NCBI GenBank assembly: GCA_947053455.1 | Contig: CAMRSV010000002.1 | Span: 11,268 to 75,267, forward strand | Source: an uncultured Alphaproteobacteria bacterium | Lineage (GTDB): Bacteria; Pseudomonadota; Alphaproteobacteria; Rs-D84 | DNA: 64,000 nt | Reading direction: 5' to 3' | Part shown: piece by piece, positions 9,369 through 19,220 of the stretch | How the letters are laid out: each line of letters opens with the position of its first letter | How positions within the stretch are numbered: the stretch's first letter is position 1 | Made by a program: the position numbers and the translations under genes | The notes under the pieces: model-generated | Told to the model about the DNA's origin: nothing | The model's database searches: none | What the model saw: only the letters and a program-made list of their open reading frames with translations

Positions 9369-10649
9369 ATGAAAAATTATTTTGTTATAATGCTTGCAAT
9401 TATCACGGTGCCAATGTCGGCCGATGCGGATATATATTCGGCATTGAAATCAGTATATGAAACAAACCCGGTCATATCGGCTGCCCGAACAAATGTAAGC
9501 GCGGCACAGACAGACGTTAGCCTGGCAAAATCTGAATCACATCCATATATCGGTGCCGCCGCAAATGCCGGCATTGCACGAACGCAACTTATGGGTGAAA
9601 CATTTGATTACAACCCAACCCAAATTGGTATAGAAGCACAACAAAATATTTTCCAAGGATTTTCCACACTTGCGCGGATAAAGGGTGCAAAAGGTCTGCT
9701 GGCCGCGGCGCGTGCGGATTTATACGCCACCGAACAGGATGTCTTTCTGGATGCAATAAACGCATACATCGGCGTACTGCAGGCGGCAGATGTATTAAAA
9801 CTGAACAAAAACAATCAGCACGTTTTGAAAGAATACTATGACTACTGTACGGATTTGGAAAGCGTTGGACGCCTAACAAAGACAGACGTTTCACAGGCGT
9901 CTGCACGACTTGAAATGGCAAAATACGCCGTGGCCGACGCCCAGGCAAAATACGACAACAAATTGGAAACTTTTAGACGCGTATTCGGCAAAACCCTGTC
10001 GGGGTACACTGATGTTGATTTAGAACGTGTGCAGCATTTGTTTCCAACGTCAATCTCCGCCGCAGAGGAAGATGCGTTAAAAAATCACCCCGTGTTAATT
10101 GCGCTGGCGGCACGCGAAAACGCAGCGCGTGAAAATATAATGATTGCGCACAAGAGCATATTGCCATCTGTTGACGTCCGCGCCAGTGCAATGCAGGTTG
10201 ATGATTTGCCATATGTCGACCGTGTGCGCGACCGGCGCGTCGGGGTATATCTGAAATTACCGTTGTATGACCGCGGAACAGCATTTGCAAACGCCGACAA
10301 AGCACGCCATACAGTAAATGAACTCGGTGATAAAATTGTAAACGCACGCCGCATCGTGATTGAAAAACTGCGTCATGCATGGAATACTTATGACGCGCAA
10401 AATTATGCCATACGCGCCGCAGAATCTGGAATACATGCGAACAAAATGGCACTTGATGGCACCCGTGAAGAACAAAAACGCGGACGACGCACCGTACTGG
10501 ATGTACTTAACGCCGAACAGGAATTGCTAAATACCCAGGTGGCACTTGCCAATGCAAAACATGCACAGGTTGCGGCATTTTTTGCGGTGTTGTCGGCCGC
10601 CGGGCAATTAAACGCAACAAATCTGGGAATTATTGATATTGAAGAATAA
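9369..10649 (+). CDS. TolC-family outer membrane efflux protein
   Basis: Signal peptide, two OEP repeats, GRRTVLDVLNAEQEL. Confidence 0.9.
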   Translation: MKNYFVIMLAIITVPMSADADIYSALKSVYETNPVISAARTNVSAAQTDVSLAKSESHPYIGAAANAGIARTQLMGETFDYNPTQIGIEAQQNIFQGFSTLARIKGAKGLLAAARADLYATEQDVFLDAINAYIGVLQAADVLKLNKNNQHVLKEYYDYCTDLESVGRLTKTDVSQASARLEMAKYAVADAQAKYDNKLETFRRVFGKTLSGYTDVDLERVQHLFPTSISAAEEDALKNHPVLIALAARENAARENIMIAHKSILPSVDVRASAMQVDDLPYVDRVRDRRVGVYLKLPLYDRGTAFANADKARHTVNELGDKIVNARRIVIEKLRHAWNTYDAQNYAIRAAESGIHANKMALDGTREEQKRGRRTVLDVLNAEQELLNTQVALANAKHAQVAAFFAVLSAAGQLNATNLGIIDIEE

Positions 10650-10665
10650 ATCCCCAGACGTCCGA

Positions 10666-11737
10666 TTATTTAAGAAATAGTTTTTTATACAAATAATCAT
10701 CCATATTGGCATATTCCAAAGAACGGAAAAAGTTTTCCTTAATAGCCGGCAGACGCTGTATATAATCATTTGGAGTACACTGTTGCAAAATCTTTGGTAG
10801 ATTATCAAAATCATTTTCAGATATTGTAATTATTCCATCTGGGTTAAAAAATTTATCAATTTTACGAGCCCCCAGATAAATCGGCACAGTCATGGATGCA
10901 AAACAATTGACAATCTTTTCTGTAAAAAATAAATCTGTTACTTCGTTTTCTATTGCAATAGAATATCTATAATTCGCCAAACTGTCCGCAATCGGAATCA
11001 TTGACCCACCATCAAAAGTTCCGAATGTATCTGCTAAATTTTCTTCCTTGCACTTTTTAGCCAATGCTATTCGAAAATTATGCAGCGCACACATTCTCTT
11101 ATCGGATGAAACTATTGATATGTTTTTAGTTTTATGCCGATATCCTTGTTCATCAAGAGTTCCACCCCCCCCCTAGGTCTCGTGGGAATACACCATACCA
11201 TAACTGTGCACAACCTGGCATGAAAACAGCATTATTTAATTTATCCAACAACCTATCATCATAAGTCAAAATTGCATCAAAATCCTTTTCCAATCCCGGA
11301 TGTAAATCAAATATTTTATATGTTTCCGGCACAATACCAGATGATTCCAACAACCAACCAAAACGCTTTTTCGGATTCCCCATTGTTTCCAACATCGCAC
11401 CATGCGTATAAAAATGAACAGGTAAAGCAATATTGAATCTATCCCATAAAAAATATTGCGATTGATATACATAGGGAATATGCGCACTGCACCCATCGCG
11501 CAGGAAAAACATATCCATCTTTCTACCATCCTTGTTGTATATATCTGGGATATCACCTTTAATCGCAGAAACAGGATTATATATAGGGCAATATATTTTT
11601 CCATACTTTTTAGAATCAGTATAATTAATTAAAACTACCTTTGTTTTTTTACGTTTTCCATACGATATTATTTTTTTTCCAAAAAACAAAATATGGCGCC
11701 GGCCATTTTCACAATACTGTTTGGCAAAAATTTTCAT
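10666..11737 (-). pseudogene. GT10-like (fucosyltransferase-like) glycosyltransferase split by a G9 tract (phase-OFF or sequencing indel)
   Basis: ORFs 11153-11737 and 10666-11094 join in frame if G9 at 11165-11173 becomes G8 (LGGGGTLDEQGYRHKTKNISIVSSDKRMCALH...). The C-terminal half has YRYSIAIEN..FTEKI..VPIYLG (GT10-like motif). Confidence 0.75.
11165..11173 (-). repeat. Poly-G (G9) slipped-strand tract
   Basis: CCCCCCCCC on + strand at the frameshift point. Confidence 0.9.
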
Positions 11738-11996
11738 CACAACCTCGTTAATATGCAGATATAACAAAACTATATACCATAATAAATATAAATTGTAACT
11801 TCATTTTTAGTAATTTCTTTTGACATATTTATTTCTTGATTTTTAATTAAAATTATGATATAGTATATTTTGTTCCCCATAAGAAGTGGGACTTTTTTTA
11901 TTACTGCGCACTGCGCGGTTTTTATTTTATGTCCGTGCCGCCCGCCTGGTTTTCAGTCGCTGCGATAACGCGGCAACTGAACCAAAAGGATTACAA

Positions 11997-12467
11997 ATGA
12001 CAAAATCTAGACAGGTGCAGCTGCGGCGCGGCACGGCAGCACAACATGAAACATTTATCGGCGCAGAAGGGGAAGTCACGGTCGACACTACAAATCACAC
12101 CCTGCGTGTTCACGACGGTATCACCCCGGGCGGCAATATCGTTAGTTCAAATCAGATAATTTCAGATAACTTTCTTGTACCGGATTATTCAAACGCAATT
12201 ACATTTAATTTTACAAGCCTTAATACCGCACCAGAAGACGGCTTTTTTGAGATAAGTGGCCTAGCTTATTTTCCTGTAAATCTTACAATTAAATTGAACG
12301 ATATAGAAAAAACATTTGCCAGCAGTTCAAATAATGGATATTCGTGCACAGGGTATATGATATTGCCCGTAAAGGCTGGCGACACAATACAAGGATTGAC
12401 ATGCCATAACAATAACGGGCATATATCATTTCTTCCAATCAGAAAAACGCAGTCCCCACAAGAATAA
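11997..12467 (+). CDS. Mtd-N (phage tail-fibre/major tropism determinant N-terminal) domain protein
   Basis: QVQLRRGTAAQHETFIGAEGEVTVDTTNHTLRVHDGITPGG; SD AAGGA. Confidence 0.8.
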   Translation: MTKSRQVQLRRGTAAQHETFIGAEGEVTVDTTNHTLRVHDGITPGGNIVSSNQIISDNFLVPDYSNAITFNFTSLNTAPEDGFFEISGLAYFPVNLTIKLNDIEKTFASSSNNGYSCTGYMILPVKAGDTIQGLTCHNNNGHISFLPIRKTQSPQE

Positions 12468-12496
12468 TTTAAATGGGGCGGAACAAATTTGTTAGA

Positions 12497-13057
12497 TTAT
12501 TTCTGCGTTGAATGGATTGTTTCCGCTAATTCTATTATTTTTCTTGATCTATCTTTGTAATATTTCGCGGGGATGCCCATATTTATGCTCCATTCCCGCG
12601 TATTTTCACGCACAAAAGACATTGCGCCAACGGCACTACCAACACCGAAATTCACACCGGGCATAACCACTGTACCAGACCCCAGCTGTACAAAATCGTT
12701 TAAAACAATCGGTGCAAAACACACATTGGTTAAATTTTCCGGAACCATAGGAGAAATCATATAATTTCCAGAAAAATCATCACTTGCGCTAAATAAAGTG
12801 CAACGCGGTGATATTCCACAAAAATTTCCAATAGTAATTCCCCCACGTCCATAAAGAGCACTATATGCGGAAATATGAACGTAATTTCCAATTTTTATAT
12901 TGCCGGACAATATGCAAAAATCATCTATTCTAACATTATTTCCAATATAAATTGACCCGGCGCCATATATTGAACATTTTTTTGAAATCATAACATTATC
13001 ACCAACAGATGCGAAACCAATTTTCTGCAAATCTTCCGTTGTATAGAAACTATTCAT
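12497..13057 (-). CDS. Hexapeptide-repeat acyltransferase (VioB-like sugar N-/O-acetyltransferase)
   Basis: IGNNVRIDDFCILSG.IKIGNYVHI..ASDDFSG; same locus as a VioA-like aminotransferase. Confidence 0.8.
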   Translation of the reverse strand: MNSFYTTEDLQKIGFASVGDNVMISKKCSIYGAGSIYIGNNVRIDDFCILSGNIKIGNYVHISAYSALYGRGGITIGNFCGISPRCTLFSASDDFSGNYMISPMVPENLTNVCFAPIVLNDFVQLGSGTVVMPGVNFGVGSAVGAMSFVRENTREWSINMGIPAKYYKDRSRKIIELAETIHSTQK

Positions 13058-13075
13058 TATAATTCTCCTTGTTTT

Positions 13076-14476
13076 TTAATCCGGCAGGAAAAAGTCAATA
13101 CTATTACCTTTTTTCTGCATGTAATAATCATAATCTTTGGACACGTGTCCTATGTCCAACGCCTGATACCCACATTTTGCTAAATCATAGGCCAATACCG
13201 TCGCAGTGGGTCCCAATATAATTAAAATCAGCTTGTCTTTATCATGCTGTTTCACTTGCTTTAATATATCATTATATTCCGAAAATGCGTCCTTGCTGGG
13301 GGCAAAAACATATTCAAGGCTTTTTACATTATCAAATATATTATAAACGTGTTTGTCACGAATACCTTGTCCTTGAACCAAGACGACGTCACGATTGTCC
13401 CATATTTTACGCAATTTAGCATAATGGGCATCATAATCCATATTTTTATAAACCATATACATACAGCTTATTTCTGTGGCATAGTATTGTTTCCCTGGCC
13501 TGGTAATGGAATCCAAATATTGCCGATTGCTTGGTAAATAGTTTTTTACCCATTGCGAATTTTTTACGTCAATCAACGAATTAAAAAAATGCCAATTTGT
13601 TGCAATCATAATATTTTCATCATCCGAATCCCATACCTCTTTTAAGCGTTGCAATAATACGGGTTCCATTTTTTGAAAATCTAAATCGCCCGCTTCCTGC
13701 ATCAGGCGAAATTCCCCGTCGCCAAATCTGCACAAAGAGCATCTATCTCGAATTATTTTGTCCACTGTTTCATCAGGGGTTGCAACAGTTACCCCCCCCC
13801 CGGCGCCATCATTGCAACAATATTCGTACCCATATGAATCCCATGTAATATTCTCTTTTATAATTTTAGCGGGATTTCCAGCAATTGCACAATGTGGTTT
13901 TTCAAATCTGCCCGAAACAATGGCACCATATCCAACCACACAATCATCTGCAATAATCGTATTTTTTAATATGGCGGCCCTTGTGCCAATCCACACATGA
14001 TTTCCTATGTTTATCTCTTTTACAAAATTTATAATTTTGCGAGAATTCAAATCAAAAATCGGGTGTGCATCGGTTCCCAGAATTGTTACATCAAACGCAA
14101 TCATGCAATCGGAACCGATATGGCATTTTGAACCACTGTTAAATGTTGAATATGACATTGTTTCAATACTGGTTCTGGCACCGATTGAAAATTCACAGTT
14201 TTTAACTGGCGCAAAATTTTTATGATTTTGACCTATTAATATATTTAGATGCCCACTTAAAGAAATATCTTCATCAATTGTCACCACATTATTGTCGCCA
14301 AAGATTGAAATACTTATACGCGATTTTGCCGATAAAAAACCGGCCTTTATTGTAATTGTATTATTTTTACCATTTATATTCAGCAAAACTTTTGGCTGCA
14401 ACTGTTCTGGAATATTTATATTATTATGCGAAACATCTGGTTCAGTGTCATGTTTCAGCTTTTTAAACAAACGCAT
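13076..14476 (-). CDS. Fusion of hexapeptide acyltransferase and GT-D (DUF1792) glycosyltransferase
   Basis: N-half TDAHPI..INIGNHVWIG..IAGNPAK; C-half SLCRFGDGEF, LGPTATVLAYDL, QALDIGH; G10 tract in the linker. Confidence 0.8.
   Translation of the reverse strand: MRLFKKLKHDTEPDVSHNNINIPEQLQPKVLLNINGKNNTITIKAGFLSAKSRISISIFGDNNVVTIDEDISLSGHLNILIGQNHKNFAPVKNCEFSIGARTSIETMSYSTFNSGSKCHIGSDCMIAFDVTILGTDAHPIFDLNSRKIINFVKEINIGNHVWIGTRAAILKNTIIADDCVVGYGAIVSGRFEKPHCAIAGNPAKIIKENITWDSYGYEYCCNDGAGGGVTVATPDETVDKIIRDRCSLCRFGDGEFRLMQEAGDLDFQKMEPVLLQRLKEVWDSDDENIMIATNWHFFNSLIDVKNSQWVKNYLPSNRQYLDSITRPGKQYYATEISCMYMVYKNMDYDAHYAKLRKIWDNRDVVLVQGQGIRDKHVYNIFDNVKSLEYVFAPSKDAFSEYNDILKQVKQHDKDKLILIILGPTATVLAYDLAKCGYQALDIGHVSKDYDYYMQKKGNSIDFFLPD
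13792..13801 (-). repeat. Poly-G (G10) tract in inter-domain linker
   Basis: C10 on + strand; in frame at G10, immediate TAA at G9. Confidence 0.9.
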
Positions 14477-14495
14477 TGCAATATCCTTTTTATTA

Positions 14496-16322
14496 TCAAC
14501 CCTTGTTAGCCATGATATATTTATTAATGCTATCGGTATGAGCGTAATTTAAATATTTATCTACATACCGCAAGATGTTTAGCATTTTTTGCTGATATTC
14601 AAGTTGCCTGGCGGCGTTGGAAACGCCTTGCCCTGATATATTATACTGTGCGGTAACCTTGTTAATTACTCGTATATCACCAAAGTGAGCATGTATTAGA
14701 AAAACCGGAAAATCAATTACAACGTGGTGCAAAAGCCAATCCGGCAAAGTGTTTGCAACCATCTTCCATCTTACCATCGCCGTACATGATGCAATAAAAC
14801 GACAATTTAACAAATCATCAAAATCATATGTCTTTTTTCGCGCCATATTTCGGGGCATATATTTTTTTACCTTAAAAACAAAATCCGGCTTTTCATCATC
14901 CACATAGTGAAATTTTACATCGGTGCAAACAATGCTACAATCTGGGTGCTTATTTAATATATCAACCTGCATTTGAAGTTTATTTGGATCGGTCCAACAA
15001 TCATCACCGTCACACCATGCAACATACTGACCACGAATTCTGCGTAATGCCGAAATTGCGTTTTCAGCAACACCTTTATTTTTTGGATGCAATATAGGTG
15101 TAATAATATCCGGATACTTTTTGGCATATTCACGAATAATATCCGCCGTGCCGTCACTGGAACCATCATCAGAAATGATAAATTCAACTGGACAATTAAC
15201 TTTTTGACTTATAAACCCGTCCAAAGTTTTGCGTATAAACTTCTCTTGATTATAAGTTAGGCATATCACAACAACTTTATTGTCCCTGCCAACCTTTCCA
15301 TACTTGTCACGCCATGCACACAAAGAAAACCGTCTACGAAAAAACAACGGGAATTTAAGCAAATTATAATACTTTCGCTGATTTTGAAATGGGGTACATG
15401 GCGTCACATAGGTTGATATATACTGGCACCAATCCTTTACAAAAGGTGTTTTCAACAAATATTCCAGCCAAATTTCACTTTTAACTATGCCGGGCTCCCG
15501 CCAGGGTTTAAATTGCGTCGCAAAATGCAATTGAATTGGCGCCGCCATAGCATCTTTTATTTCTTTGGCACTATAATGGGGATCGGAATCATAATTTTCT
15601 TCGTATCTAAATAAATCATAACAGTAACTGCATACCAACGCGTCTAACGGCAAAAGAATTTTATCTTTTTCAGGTACAACCAGATTTATAACATCCTGTT
15701 CAGGTTGAACCAGTCTTTCACTGTTTTCATTTAAAAATTGTATTAATTTATTTTCAATAATACTATTGTCCCGCCGCATGTATTCCAAATTAAATATCAA
15801 ATATCCACCACACAAACTTAATCTGTCTCTTTCCTGTTTTGTAAAATTATCAGCATATACATTATTATAAAAATCTTCAAGATAAGAACCACGTGGGGCA
15901 ATCGGATAAACCCCGGCGACACAAAAATCATCATTATCAACAACGTCCATATAATGCTTGGATATATCGCCGGTAAACACCACATCAACATCTGTGACTA
16001 TTATTTTTTTATGTTGCGGAAACAAATTAGCGACCAACAACTTGTACAACATCTCTTTTGAATAATGCCCCTTACTTTGCAGGCTTTGAAATTCTTTATC
16101 AAATTTGCCGTTCATATTCAAAAATTCAAGGCGGGCATTTTTAAAACCAGAAATTGTTTGCAGCAGTTTCGCCTGATTTTGTGTTGAAATATCGGTATGA
16201 CATACATATATTGTGTAATTGTAATTCTTGTCCGAATTTTCCAACATAGAATACATTGCCACGGCCGCCGCAATGACATAGTTGTTATCAAAACACAACA
16301 TTATTGGAATATCTTTATTCAT
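14496..16322 (-). CDS. Bifunctional GT8 + GT2 glycosyltransferase
   Basis: N: CFDNNY..DVDVVF..EQDVIN..HF...KPW (GT8); C: TYNQEKFI..DDGSSD..WCDGDDCW (GT2). Confidence 0.88.
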   Translation of the reverse strand: MNKDIPIMLCFDNNYVIAAAVAMYSMLENSDKNYNYTIYVCHTDISTQNQAKLLQTISGFKNARLEFLNMNGKFDKEFQSLQSKGHYSKEMLYKLLVANLFPQHKKIIVTDVDVVFTGDISKHYMDVVDNDDFCVAGVYPIAPRGSYLEDFYNNVYADNFTKQERDRLSLCGGYLIFNLEYMRRDNSIIENKLIQFLNENSERLVQPEQDVINLVVPEKDKILLPLDALVCSYCYDLFRYEENYDSDPHYSAKEIKDAMAAPIQLHFATQFKPWREPGIVKSEIWLEYLLKTPFVKDWCQYISTYVTPCTPFQNQRKYYNLLKFPLFFRRRFSLCAWRDKYGKVGRDNKVVVICLTYNQEKFIRKTLDGFISQKVNCPVEFIISDDGSSDGTADIIREYAKKYPDIITPILHPKNKGVAENAISALRRIRGQYVAWCDGDDCWTDPNKLQMQVDILNKHPDCSIVCTDVKFHYVDDEKPDFVFKVKKYMPRNMARKKTYDFDDLLNCRFIASCTAMVRWKMVANTLPDWLLHHVVIDFPVFLIHAHFGDIRVINKVTAQYNISGQGVSNAARQLEYQQKMLNILRYVDKYLNYAHTDSINKYIMANKG

Positions 16323-16323
16323 A

Positions 16324-17322
16324 TTATCCCCCCCTTACACTTATAAAAACCAACATTAACATCATAACCGCAATAACAACTATCAAGCGATTTAACCATG
16401 TTTTATATTTTTTATATTTTCTAGACACATCATCAAAAACATAATTCGCAGCCGAGTGATATGCCGCCGAATCCACATCATATATTTTTTGCAGGCAATC
16501 AAACTTGTTCCGCCTGACAAATGACTGGATTGCCAATCCCACAAGATAATTCAATTCACCCGTCATATTTACATTAAACTGTTGTTCAACGGCACGAAAA
16601 AAATTAATAACTTTGAATGTGCATATGTCAAACCATTTATCTGACTGATATGCGCCATTCCAAATCCCACCGGAATGCTTTCTATAAACAGACATTATAT
16701 CCGGCAAACAGTAAATATAACCCGTCTGGGCATGCAACAAATGCAAAAACCAATCCCCGGGCAAAATATCCGCCGGGAATAAATCTTCATTGCCACTTAA
16801 ACGCCATCTGTAAACAACTGAATTTGTTTGAATAAAATTATGTTTAAGCAAATCACTTAAATACAGTTTTTTCCTATTAAACCTGTATTTTGACGTTGGG
16901 AAAACACTGTCTGGACAGGTGTCATCTTGCCATACCACACGAACCGGATGGAAACATATTGAACAATCCGGATGCGCATCCAGAAAATCAACCTGTTTCT
17001 GAAGTTTTTCCGAATCCGTCCAATAATCATCACCTTCATTTAACGCCACATATTCACCAAGAACACGCGGAAACAAAAAATCCTTTAACGGTGAACGCCC
17101 CTTTGAAAATTGATTTTCTGTCTGGAATATAGGCCTTATAATATCTGGATATTGTTTTGCATATTCACGAATTATGTCCGCAGTCCCATCAGTAGACGCG
17201 TCATCATGAACTAAAACCTCAAATGGGAATGTGGTTTTCTGCATAACAAAACCATCCAAAGCCTGGCGTATGAATTCTTTATGATTGTATGTTATACATA
17301 AAATTGAAACTTTTGGTTTCAT
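16324..17322 (-). CDS. GT2 glycosyltransferase with C-terminal TM
   Basis: ITYNH..HDDASTD..EGDDYW. Confidence 0.9.
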   Translation of the reverse strand: MKPKVSILCITYNHKEFIRQALDGFVMQKTTFPFEVLVHDDASTDGTADIIREYAKQYPDIIRPIFQTENQFSKGRSPLKDFLFPRVLGEYVALNEGDDYWTDSEKLQKQVDFLDAHPDCSICFHPVRVVWQDDTCPDSVFPTSKYRFNRKKLYLSDLLKHNFIQTNSVVYRWRLSGNEDLFPADILPGDWFLHLLHAQTGYIYCLPDIMSVYRKHSGGIWNGAYQSDKWFDICTFKVINFFRAVEQQFNVNMTGELNYLVGLAIQSFVRRNKFDCLQKIYDVDSAAYHSAANYVFDDVSRKYKKYKTWLNRLIVVIAVMMLMLVFISVRGG

Positions 17323-17337
17323 CCCTTAATCCAAGTA

Positions 17338-18096
17338 TTATGTTATATGATACTTTTTATATAGTTTATGTCGTATATTATGACATGGAATTATTTTTAT
17401 ACAATATCTTAATGCCAATATTTTCATCCGTTTTTTAATTGGCATGTTTAATGTGTAGCGCCTGCATATAATTTTTTTCAAAACAGAATTATCCACCATC
17501 CAGCTTTCCGCGCCAATAGATGCATTCTGATAATTTGCCACAATTTTTATAAAATCATTCGTGTCGGCAACAACTTTATAATTTCCGTGCGGCATATTTA
17601 TATCACTTGCAATATATAGCAAATCTATCTGGCATTGCGGCCATTTTGCCTGTATAGGTTCAAGAAATTTTTTAATTTGCGCATTTGACAAATTTTCCGG
17701 TTGCGACGGAACCTCGGAATAAACAATTAAAACTTTTTTACTTTCGCATATCTGGTTCAAAAGCCTGTGAATTCTACGCCGATATTTATCATTTACACAT
17801 TTGTAAGACACGGCCACATCAATTCCCGCCGGAAAGTCATGATTAAATGTTAAATCGTTATATTTGTTGTGATAAGCATCACATTTTATACTGCGTTCAG
17901 AATGTGCGTATTCCAAATCCCCCAATTCTATAAATCGCTTGAATTGAGAAAGCAATATACCCATGCGGCCGCCAAAATCACTACCAAAAAGCCAGTCAAA
18001 TGGATAACTGTTTAATTGCAAACCACAACTTCGTAATAAAATGCTATTATGGCATGCGGCTCCCAATCCAAAAATTAAGTCGTATTTGCGTTTCAT
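17338..18096 (-). CDS. Putative papain-like cysteine peptidase (DUF1796-like)
   Basis: GLGAAC..SYPFDW..FNHDF..KYRRRIHR signature. Confidence 0.75.
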   Translation of the reverse strand: MKRKYDLIFGLGAACHNSILLRSCGLQLNSYPFDWLFGSDFGGRMGILLSQFKRFIELGDLEYAHSERSIKCDAYHNKYNDLTFNHDFPAGIDVAVSYKCVNDKYRRRIHRLLNQICESKKVLIVYSEVPSQPENLSNAQIKKFLEPIQAKWPQCQIDLLYIASDINMPHGNYKVVADTNDFIKIVANYQNASIGAESWMVDNSVLKKIICRRYTLNMPIKKRMKILALRYCIKIIPCHNIRHKLYKKYHIT

Positions 18097-18101
18097 GGTC
18101 T

Positions 18102-19190
18102 TTAACGGATTTTATTTTTTACAGTTGATTTTACTATATCAGCGATACGTTCAACATCTGAATTCTGCAAGTCAGCGTATAATGGCAAACATGCAATTCT
18201 TGATGAAATACTCTCCGAAACGGGGCATTTGTGACCTTTAAGATAAGGCAATTTATTCAAACTAGGGAAAAAATAACGTCTTGGGAATATATCTTCTTTC
18301 TGAAGCGCAGAAAAAACATTTTCCAGCTCATATTCATTCTTAAACACTACTGGATAATACGCATAGTTGTACTGTAAATCTGCCTGTTTTTTTGGTCGTC
18401 CAACACTATTCAATAAAATATTATCATACAAGTCACTTACGCGACGACGTTCTTCAATAATTTTACCGATATATGGAAAATTGGCAAGTCCCATTGCCGC
18501 ATGCATTTCTGACTGCTTTCCATTAATGCCCAACATATAATGGTTGTCCATATTATGTCCAAATCGTTTCTGTAGTTCAAGTTTATCAGAAACATCTTTG
18601 TCGCGAACTATGCATGCCCCGCCTTCAACTGTATGAAATAGTTTTGTCGCATGGAAAGAGCACGTTGACACATCGCCATAATCTAACAATGACTTTCCCT
18701 TATATTTAGATGCGAATGCATGTGCACCATCATAAATTACTTTTAAACCATAATTGTCTGCAATCTGCTGAATTTTATCAACATCACATGCATATCCAAA
18801 AACATGTACTGGCATAATCGCACGCGTACGCGATGTAATCTTTTTCTCAATCTTATCTACATCAATTGTAAAATTATCGCCCTCTATATCACAAAAAACA
18901 GGTTTGCATCTTTGCCATAGAATACTAGAAGCTGTTGCAACATATGAAAACGGCGTAGTTATTACTTCACCATCATTAATACCCAATGCTGAAAGCGCAA
19001 ATTGTAGCGCAATTGTGCCATTTGTAACATAATGAAAATTTTCTACCCCCAATAAATCTCTCATTTTCTGTTCCAGTTCACGTACAAATGGCCCCTGATT
19101 AGTTAATATACCACAATCGTATATTTTTTCTATATACTTTATATATTCATCCCTAGGAGGCATAAAAGATTTTGTCACAAAAATAGGCAT
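18102..19190 (-). CDS. DegT/DnrJ/EryC1/StrS aminotransferase (VioA-like)
   Basis: NGTIAL, YDGAHAF, SFHATKLFHTVEGG. Confidence 0.92.
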   Translation of the reverse strand: MPIFVTKSFMPPRDEYIKYIEKIYDCGILTNQGPFVRELEQKMRDLLGVENFHYVTNGTIALQFALSALGINDGEVITTPFSYVATASSILWQRCKPVFCDIEGDNFTIDVDKIEKKITSRTRAIMPVHVFGYACDVDKIQQIADNYGLKVIYDGAHAFASKYKGKSLLDYGDVSTCSFHATKLFHTVEGGACIVRDKDVSDKLELQKRFGHNMDNHYMLGINGKQSEMHAAMGLANFPYIGKIIEERRRVSDLYDNILLNSVGRPKKQADLQYNYAYYPVVFKNEYELENVFSALQKEDIFPRRYFFPSLNKLPYLKGHKCPVSESISSRIACLPLYADLQNSDVERIADIVKSTVKNKIR

Positions 19191-19220
19191 AAATTAATAC
19201 TCCTTATAAAACTATAATTG

